A stretch of 64,000 nt of DNA, from the NCBI GenBank assembly GCA_902557965.1, contig CACECK010000001.1:22939-86938 (forward strand), given 5' to 3'. The notes under the pieces were generated by a model. It worked only from the letters and a program-made list of their open reading frames with translations, searched no databases and was not told the DNA's origin. Below are positions 9,519 through 15,155 of the stretch, in pieces (the first letter of the stretch is position 1; every line of letters begins with the position of its first letter). Position numbers and translations under genes: made by a program. This DNA is from an uncultured SAR86 cluster bacterium. Its GTDB lineage: Bacteria > Pseudomonadota > Gammaproteobacteria > Magnimaribacterales > D2472.

Positions 9519-9944
9519 CTATGTCAGTGATTTGTTAAAAATTTGACTGTCGTGCTTAAACGATTTGAATTCAAGGGCATTACCAAAGGGATCTTTAAAA
9601 AACAATGTTTTTTGCTCTCCAGGCTGCCCCTCGAACCTTAAATAAGGCTCAATAATAAAATTGATGCCACTAGATTTTAGTTTTTCTGAAAATATGTCGA
9701 ACTGTTTCCATTCAAGCACAATCCCAAAGTGAGGTATTGGCACATCTTTACCATCAACTTCATTAGAAAAGCTGTTTGATTCACCTATGTGACATACTAG
9801 TTGATGGCCAAAAAAATTATAATCAATCCAATGTTCGTCTGATCTACCTTCATTAAATCCTAATTTTAAGCCATAGAATTCTCTTGCTAACTCAATGCTG
9901 TTTACTGGAATTGCTAGATGAAATGGTCTTAGATTCATGATCAA
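9519..9944 (-). CDS. VOC family protein (glyoxalase/extradiol dioxygenase-like)
   Basis: 141 aa. FHLAIPVNSIELAREFY and the FKDPFGNALEF C-terminal motif. Confidence 0.75.
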   Translation of the reverse strand: MIMNLRPFHLAIPVNSIELAREFYGLKLGFNEGRSDEHWIDYNFFGHQLVCHIGESNSFSNEVDGKDVPIPHFGIVLEWKQFDIFSEKLKSSGINFIIEPYLRFEGQPGEQKTLFFKDPFGNALEFKSFKHDSQIFNKSLT

Positions 9945-9951
9945 TTATTTT

Positions 9952-10320
9952 TTATTCAGTCACGATTCCAATTTTAAGTCTCGCAATGGCGTTTCTTTCA
10001 TCTGAATCATTTAATGACCATGAACTATTTAATAGTCTTGTTGAGTATTGCTTGTTATATAAGAAAGGCATTATTAATTGAAAAAGGCCAAATGTGACCA
10101 AAGAAAAAATTAAATGGAATACACCAATTGATATTTCTCCTCTAAAAATAGGAACAAAGAAGCCAAAGAAAAAATAAGTCCAAGAGTACCCAACAAAACA
10201 ATTTTTTTGAATACCTGATTCATTATGCTTAACTTTAATTTTCTTTTGCCATCCAAGGACAAGGGTGCCAATTATCATAGGAGAAAAAATAAGAAGTAAA
10301 ATTGAAAATGTTAATGCCAA
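9952..10320 (-). CDS. hypothetical membrane protein
   Basis: 122 aa with 3 predicted TM segments. No confident family. Confidence 0.6.
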   Translation of the reverse strand: MALTFSILLLIFSPMIIGTLVLGWQKKIKVKHNESGIQKNCFVGYSWTYFFFGFFVPIFRGEISIGVFHLIFSLVTFGLFQLIMPFLYNKQYSTRLLNSSWSLNDSDERNAIARLKIGIVTE

Positions 10321-10401
10321 TGCTCACTCCTGCAAGCTCTGCCTTTAAAATTATTACAATTTGTAAAAACTGAAACGACTGGTTCTTTTATATTCATAAT
10401 T

Positions 10402-10812
10402 TTATGACTCTTTATTTGGATCCCATATCACCAAGTTTTTGGTTTTTAGTCTATTTACAACTAACTTGTATCTTGATTGCTCTTCCTTCCATTCCTTTAA
10501 CCATGTTGCGCCGTCTCTCTCTGCATCAACAAAGACTGCATTGGTAAATGCTAAGGGTAATATTACTGCAACGTGAATCGCTATACTTGCCACGGTATTA
10601 TAGTTAAAGAGCCCTAGATAGTTTGCTGCCAGAAATCCAAAGAACACACTCCATATAGTAAACAAAACTAACATAAAGTATGTCTGTAAACTTGGATCAG
10701 GTATGTGCCTTAGTGGATTATATCTAACGTCCATTACTCTTCTCCAGCCACTTACAAGTTTCATAACAGTTCTTCTGAATAAACTAGGTTTTTTTGTATT
10801 TGGTTCAATCAT
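10402..10812 (-). CDS. hypothetical membrane protein
   Basis: 136 aa. AGGAGG lies 4 nt upstream of the ATG. Two central TM segments. Confidence 0.65.
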   Translation of the reverse strand: MIEPNTKKPSLFRRTVMKLVSGWRRVMDVRYNPLRHIPDPSLQTYFMLVLFTIWSVFFGFLAANYLGLFNYNTVASIAIHVAVILPLAFTNAVFVDAERDGATWLKEWKEEQSRYKLVVNRLKTKNLVIWDPNKES

Positions 10813-10909
10813 CTTTCCTCCTTTTAAATCTTATAAACTCTTTAATGACATGCATACCAACAGCCATCCATGTCACTATAACCAAACTCCAAAACAATAT
10901 CTCAATCAT
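10805..10909 (-). CDS. candidate 34-aa single-TM protein overlapping the start of the downstream gene
   Basis: Hand translation: MIEILFWSLVIVTWMAVGMHVIKEFIRFKRRKDD. Its stop TGA (10807-10805) overlaps the ATG at 10812 (gATGATTGA). Too short for the ORF track. Confidence 0.3.
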   Translation of the reverse strand: MIEILFWSLVIVTWMAVGMHVIKEFIRFKRRKDD

Positions 10910-10984
10910 GTAAATTTAACAAATTTTTAATTCTTTTTTAAAATTTTTTGAAAGTTTTTTCTTTGAAAACCATTCTATCTTGTT

Positions 10985-11671
10985 TCATCGCCTTAATAGT
11001 ATAGCGATCCAACGACCAAGATTTAAAATATCAGCTAACGCTGCCGACACATAAGTGAGGGCTGCTGCTCTAAGAATGCGACTAACGGCTTTTTCGTTTG
11101 ACTGTGACACGTATTTCCCTTCCCTCAATATAGGAAGTGCTTTAGAAAAACTTGCATCAAATTCAATAGGTAAAGTTACCACATGAATCATCATGCGAGC
11201 TATAAAACCGGATAGCCCTAGAAAAAGTAATAAAGAAAATGGCATTGGATGTCGGGTAATAATACCAATCACTGGGGATAAAGAAATAATTGCTACACTC
11301 CAACGGGCCACTTTATCAACAACGGGAGCCATCTTTGTTCTGGTTGCCAGACGTTTATCACCTTGCTGATCCTGAATCGCATGTCCAACCTCATGAGCCG
11401 CGATAGCGATTGCGGTTAATGATTTAGATTCATAATGCTCTCGCAAAAGCCTAACTTTTTTTTCAATTGGATCATAGTGATCTCCTAGCTCAGTTACTTC
11501 GACCTCAACGTCTTTTAAAGAAAATCGCTCAATCAAGTGCTGTGCTAGCTCTCCGCCAGTACCTGGGATTTCAGGCTTTTCCAATGAATACCTCTTCATG
11601 ACCAACTTTACCCACAAAGATGGTCCAAATATTAGTGCTAAAACTACGAGCAAGCCCGCTGCTAAAAACAT
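10985..11671 (-). CDS. zinc metallopeptidase (membrane-associated, HExxH)
   Basis: 228 aa. HEVGHAIQ zinc motif. N-terminal TM and C-terminal TM segments, as in the putative neutral zinc metallopeptidase family. Confidence 0.8.
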   Translation of the reverse strand: MFLAAGLLVVLALIFGPSLWVKLVMKRYSLEKPEIPGTGGELAQHLIERFSLKDVEVEVTELGDHYDPIEKKVRLLREHYESKSLTAIAIAAHEVGHAIQDQQGDKRLATRTKMAPVVDKVARWSVAIISLSPVIGIITRHPMPFSLLLFLGLSGFIARMMIHVVTLPIEFDASFSKALPILREGKYVSQSNEKAVSRILRAAALTYVSAALADILNLGRWIAILLRR

Positions 11672-11691
11672 ATTTTATCCTCTTAAAAAAG

Positions 11692-11847
11692 TTATTCTTC
11701 TGATTTTATCTTTCTTAGATTCATCAAGGAAGCTGTTGCCAATATGACAAGCAATGAAATACCAAACTGCTTTTCATCAACAATTGAAACAACAAGGATT
11801 GCTGCTGCCCACATTATCGATTGAGAAATTAACAACTTTTTATTCAT
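11692..11847 (-). CDS. candidate 51-aa membrane protein
   Basis: Hand translation: MNKKLLISQSIMWAAAILVVSIVDEKQFGISLLVILATASLMNLRKIKSEE. Its ATG overlaps the stop of the upstream ORF (ATGA). Confidence 0.4.
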   Translation of the reverse strand: MNKKLLISQSIMWAAAILVVSIVDEKQFGISLLVILATASLMNLRKIKSEE

Positions 11848-12044
11848 TTATAATATTTTAATAAAACGTAATTGGCTATTAAGTCTAAAAAAATAAACCC
11901 TCCTAGTATCAACCACATAAATTCACCGCTATATACAGTAATTGTTAAAACTACAATAATTCCTATGACAAAAGCACGGATCCAAGAGTATTTTTTATAA
12001 AGTTTACTTTGAGTCCAAAAAAATTCTTTTAAAAAAATCGGCAT
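11844..12044 (-). CDS. 66-aa membrane protein
   Basis: Track ORF with two TM segments. It starts immediately after the repeat copy at 12051-12107. Confidence 0.5.
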   Translation of the reverse strand: MPIFLKEFFWTQSKLYKKYSWIRAFVIGIIVVLTITVYSGEFMWLILGGFIFLDLIANYVLLKYYK

Positions 12045-12050
12045 TATTTA

Positions 12051-12107
12051 TTTAAATCTCTGTTTTCTTCTACTCCACCGCCACTGATTAGTTTTAAAGA
12101 GTGATTT
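12051..12107 (-). repeat. glmS-3'-end-like repeat, copy 4 (core 12070-12087)
   Basis: The core ctactccaccgccactga reads tca gtg gcg gtg gag tag (SVAVE-stop) on the minus strand. Class-A flank aaatctctgttttctt at 12054-12069. Confidence 0.6.
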
Positions 12108-12480
12108 ACATATCTAGCAATGGATTTCTTCCCCATTTATTTTCATCTTCTTTTGCTGGAAGCATTAGTATAATTGAAATTACGAATAGCCCAATAATTG
12201 TAATGTAGGATAATTGCCACCATCCAGAAATACCTCTATCTTGAAGTCTTCTTGAGGTTATTGATGTAGCCGGAATAATAACTACGATTTGAAAAAGCGC
12301 TGAAAGTGGTCCATAACCAAATTCTTCACTAAATATTCCTGCCGGTGTTTCAAGCAATGCTAAAAAGAATGATATCAGAGATATAGAAAGTGTAAAATAC
12401 CAAAACTCGCTTCTGCATGCTCTTCCGCTAAAATTTTTCCAGTTTATAAAACCTGAAATAAATGATTCTTTAATATTCAT
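12106..12480 (-). CDS. DUF805 family inner-membrane protein (paralog 2)
   Basis: GRACRSEFWYF and SRRLQDRGISGWW motifs. The ATG at 12480 overlaps the upstream stop (ATGA), so I prefer it over the track start at 12498. Confidence 0.85.
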   Translation of the reverse strand: MNIKESFISGFINWKNFSGRACRSEFWYFTLSISLISFFLALLETPAGIFSEEFGYGPLSALFQIVVIIPATSITSRRLQDRGISGWWQLSYITIIGLFVISIILMLPAKEDENKWGRNPLLDM

Positions 12481-12902
12481 AGTGGATTTCTTCCCCATTT
12501 ATTTTCATCTTCCTTTGATGGCAGCATTAGAAAAATGAAAATTACAAAAATCCCAATAATAGTGAAATAAGATAATTGCCACCATCCTGAGATTCCTCTG
12601 TCTTGAAGTCTTCTGGAGGTTACAGATATAGAAGGAAATAAAATAATTGCATTAAATATTAAGGTTAATGGTCCAATAGGATTTCGTACACTTTGCCATT
12701 CTTTATCTCTAAACTCTATTCCATAGGAAAGTATAGTTGGAAAACCCTCAATGGATGCATAAAGAATTGCTTCGATAAAACTAATCAAAAAACCTGCAAT
12801 AAATAATGCTAAGCAAAAATACCAGAACTCACTTCTACGTGCCCTTCCACTGAAATTATTCCAATTATTAAAAACTGATATGCATGCCTCTTTTATGCTC
12901 AT
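12477..12902 (-). CDS. DUF805 family inner-membrane protein (paralog 1)
   Basis: GRARRSEFWYF and SRRLQDRGISGWW. The C-terminal ~55 aa are near-identical to the downstream paralog. Confidence 0.85.
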   Translation of the reverse strand: MSIKEACISVFNNWNNFSGRARRSEFWYFCLALFIAGFLISFIEAILYASIEGFPTILSYGIEFRDKEWQSVRNPIGPLTLIFNAIILFPSISVTSRRLQDRGISGWWQLSYFTIIGIFVIFIFLMLPSKEDENKWGRNPL

Positions 12903-13006
12903 AATTTTTTTAATTATTTATTGTGAAATCAAATTATATACTTTAGAAAAACACATATTGGTTTTTTAAGGTTCTAATCTATATAAGATTTGTATATTTT
13001 TAAAAG

Positions 13007-13099
13007 TTAGAAATCACTGTTCGAAACTACTCCACCGTCATTGAGTGTTTTCGTTTGCAGAATAAATTTCTTGTAGAAATTTATATATTTTTTGTCCAT
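13007..13099 (-). CDS. candidate 30-aa ORF embedded in the long repeat (MDKKYINFYKKFILQTKTLNDGGVVSNSDF)
   Basis: Conserved against the ORF at 14646-14744. Most nucleotide differences in the first 13 codons fall at third positions. No SD. Confidence 0.25.
   Translation of the reverse strand: MDKKYINFYKKFILQTKTLNDGGVVSNSDF
13011..13099 (-). repeat. glmS-3'-end-like repeat, long copy (core 13027-13044)
   Basis: 89 bp, with 74/89 identity (hand alignment) to 14656-14744. The core reads tca atg acg gtg gag tag (SMTVE-stop) on the minus strand. Confidence 0.8.
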
Positions 13100-13189
13100 A
13101 TAAAAAATTATACAATGATTTTAATTGTAACCTTTACTTCTCATATAATTAATGATAAGTTTACGTTACATTTTAGTGAGGAGAAGAAA

Positions 13190-13585
13190 ATGGGTCTTGA
13201 AATATTAATACCGGTATTAGGAATAATGACAGGAATAATAGTGCCTGTATCTGTCTTTGTTTGGTTATATTTTGAGAGCAAGGATAAAAACAAAACAATA
13301 TTAGAGATATCGAAAAATATTGATGATCCTTCAAAAATTGAAGACTTAATAAACATGCTTGACGATAGAAAAAAAGAACCAATTGATTATAGAAGAACTG
13401 GGGTTGTTACATTATTTACTGGTGTGGGTCTGTTTCTATTTGGTGTATTTTTTCTTGGATCAATCTTAAAAGGGGTTGGTGCATTGGTTGCTGCTATTGG
13501 TTTAGGACAAATAATTGCTGGTTATCTTTATCCGAACACAAGTGAAGAATTAACAAATGCTGTTGAAGATTTTGAAAAAAAATAG
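13190..13585 (+). CDS. 131-aa membrane protein
   Basis: Internal ATG preceded by GAGGAG (gtgaggagaagaaaATG). One N-terminal and two C-terminal TM segments. Ends in NAVEDFEKK. The track start at 13055 runs through the repeat and is unlikely. Confidence 0.6.
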   Translation: MGLEILIPVLGIMTGIIVPVSVFVWLYFESKDKNKTILEISKNIDDPSKIEDLINMLDDRKKEPIDYRRTGVVTLFTGVGLFLFGVFFLGSILKGVGALVAAIGLGQIIAGYLYPNTSEELTNAVEDFEKK

Positions 13586-13592
13586 GAGGGGG

Positions 13593-13802
13593 ATGATGAT
13601 CTATAAAAGAAATTTGGTTGTACATGTGGGTCTTTTAATAAGTTTACTAGGCATTGCCTTATATGATCCTTTGGGATCGATATATGAAGGTGCAGGATTG
13701 ATAGTTTTAGTAATTGGGTTAATTTGTTTGTTTGTTGGTAATAAAAATACAACTGAGTACGAATCAATTAATAGAGCAGTTGAAAACTTCGAAAAGAAAT
13801 AA
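13593..13802 (+). CDS. 69-aa two-TM membrane protein
   Basis: ATG preceded by AGGAGGGGG. Ends in RAVENFEKK, the same tail as the upstream protein. Confidence 0.6.
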   Translation: MMIYKRNLVVHVGLLISLLGIALYDPLGSIYEGAGLIVLVIGLICLFVGNKNTTEYESINRAVENFEKK

Positions 13803-13823
13803 GTTTGAGGAAATGAAATAACT

Positions 13824-14249
13824 ATGAATTTTTACATACGTTTTTTAATGTTATTTTTATGTGGAGTCGTGCAAGTCTTTTTTGCAATTCATCTTTTATT
13901 GGATTTAGGTATATTTCAACTTCCATCTGATCTAATGTTCATACCTGGGGTACTTATAATTTTAACTTCGATCGTTTTGGTATTATCTTATTACTATGGT
14001 AACGAAGAGATAAATAATAAACTTTATGACGAATATGCAGCAGATAGATTTTATAGATTAGGGAATTTAGGATACGCACTTAATGGCATAGGTTTATTTA
14101 TAATATTTAGCATTCAAGATTACCAAAACTGGGATATCCAAATCGCATCAAATATGATTTTACAAATTGCTGCTTATGCTTGGTTAGTTTTTGGAGTACT
14201 TTTAACATGGTTTGCGATTGGAGATTATCAAGAGTCCCAGCATGGGTAA
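13824..14249 (+). CDS. 141-aa four-TM membrane protein
   Basis: Track ORF with hydrophobic segments. Overlaps the start of the XRE gene by 8 nt. Confidence 0.6.
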   Translation: MNFYIRFLMLFLCGVVQVFFAIHLLLDLGIFQLPSDLMFIPGVLIILTSIVLVLSYYYGNEEINNKLYDEYAADRFYRLGNLGYALNGIGLFIIFSIQDYQNWDIQIASNMILQIAAYAWLVFGVLLTWFAIGDYQESQHG

Positions 14250-14460
14250 AAATCATTACAAACTTCTAAACAATCTTGAGCAATACAGAAAAAAAGCAGG
14301 TCTGACTCAACAAGAACTTTCAAATAACGCAGATGTTTCAAGGAAAAGTATCAATGCTATTGAAAATGGGATTTACGTGCCCTCAACTGTTCTAGCATTA
14401 AAAATATCAAAGATTTTTAATTGTAAAGTTGAAGATTTATTTGAACTGCCTAAGAATTAA
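14242..14460 (+). CDS. XRE family helix-turn-helix transcriptional regulator (72 aa)
   Basis: GLTQQELSNNADVSRKSINAIENGIYVPSTVLALKISKIFNCKVEDLF is a classic short Cro/C1-type HTH. This type is commonly encoded next to small membrane proteins. Confidence 0.85.
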   Translation: MGKNHYKLLNNLEQYRKKAGLTQQELSNNADVSRKSINAIENGIYVPSTVLALKISKIFNCKVEDLFELPKN

Positions 14461-14510
14461 TTCTGCAAACGAAACTATTCAACCGTCACTGAGTAGATTT
14501 GTTTGGTGCA
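14449..14510 (-). repeat. glmS-3'-end-like repeat, copy 2 (core 14475-14492) with class-B flank
   Basis: The core ctattcaaccgtcactga reads tca gtg acg gtt gaa tag (SVTVE-stop). The flank cctaagaattaattc (14449-14463) matches cctatgaattaattc next to the genuine glmS end. Confidence 0.6.
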
Positions 14511-14512
14511 TT

Positions 14513-14641
14513 TTATTCTTCCTTGTAATCGTCTGCGAGAATCCCCTTTTCTTTTAAAGTCTTTGTAAGTTTTTCTAGACGCACAAGTGCAACCACTCCG
14601 ACCATTCCAAACACAAAACCCATTACTGCCAACCCTTCCAT
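14513..14641 (-). CDS. candidate 42-aa single-TM protein
   Basis: Hand translation: MEGLAVMGFVFGMVGVVALVRLEKLTKTLKEKGILADDYKEE. AAGGA lies 9 nt upstream of the ATG. It fills the 0.2-kb cassette between two repeat copies. Confidence 0.45.
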   Translation of the reverse strand: MEGLAVMGFVFGMVGVVALVRLEKLTKTLKEKGILADDYKEE

Positions 14642-14645
14642 AATT

Positions 14646-14744
14646 CTATCCTTTTAAATCACTGTTCCAACTTACTCCACCGTCACCGAGTGTTTTCGAG
14701 TGACGAATAAATTTGTTATAAAAAGTAATATATTTTTTATCCAT
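14646..14744 (-). CDS. candidate 32-aa ORF embedded in the long repeat (MDKKYITFYNKFIRHSKTLGDGGVSWNSDLKG)
   Basis: Paralogous to the ORF at 13007-13099. Its ATG overlaps the stop of the 130-aa ORF (gATGGATAA). Confidence 0.25.
   Translation of the reverse strand: MDKKYITFYNKFIRHSKTLGDGGVSWNSDLKG
14656..14744 (-). repeat. glmS-3'-end-like repeat, long copy (core 14672-14689)
   Basis: 89 bp, with 74/89 identity to 13011-13099. The core reads tcg gtg acg gtg gag taa (SVTVE-stop). Confidence 0.8.
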
Positions 14745-15129
14745 CTAATTTATTTCTATTTTTCGGCAAGCAGAATATTAAAGTGATGATAAATGAAATT
14801 ATGGAAATTGGCATAGTAAATGCTAAGACATACATGGTTGTCTCAACCAATTGTGATGCTGTTCCATCAATCACATCATCAAATCTCCATGCCCAAGATC
14901 TATAGTGTAGACAGAAAGCAAACCCCCAAGCACCGCACAGAATACCTATAGCACTTGAGTCCTTGATAGTTAAATAACCTGCGGTTATTAGTAAGGCAAC
15001 GGCAATTAAGTCAGGTAAATATCCAGTAATTGTTTGTCCAAACTTTATCGTAAATAAGGTCTCGAGTGTAAAGTGAATAAGGGCAATAAAAATAGTAAAA
15101 ATAGAAAATTTATAAAGAAATGCTTTCAT
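14737..15129 (-). CDS. 130-aa four-TM membrane protein
   Basis: Track ORF. It is the first cassette downstream of glmS, and its start lies 27 nt after the glmS stop. Confidence 0.6.
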   Translation of the reverse strand: MKAFLYKFSIFTIFIALIHFTLETLFTIKFGQTITGYLPDLIAVALLITAGYLTIKDSSAIGILCGAWGFAFCLHYRSWAWRFDDVIDGTASQLVETTMYVLAFTMPISIISFIITLIFCLPKNRNKLDG

Positions 15130-15155
15130 ATCCTATGAATTAATTCGTCACCGAA

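Noticed and set aside
13055-13189. N-terminal 45-codon extension of the track ORF 13055-13585.
   Set aside because: The extension is made of repeat sequence and has no membrane or signal character. The internal ATG at 13190 has a GAGGAG ribosome-binding site.
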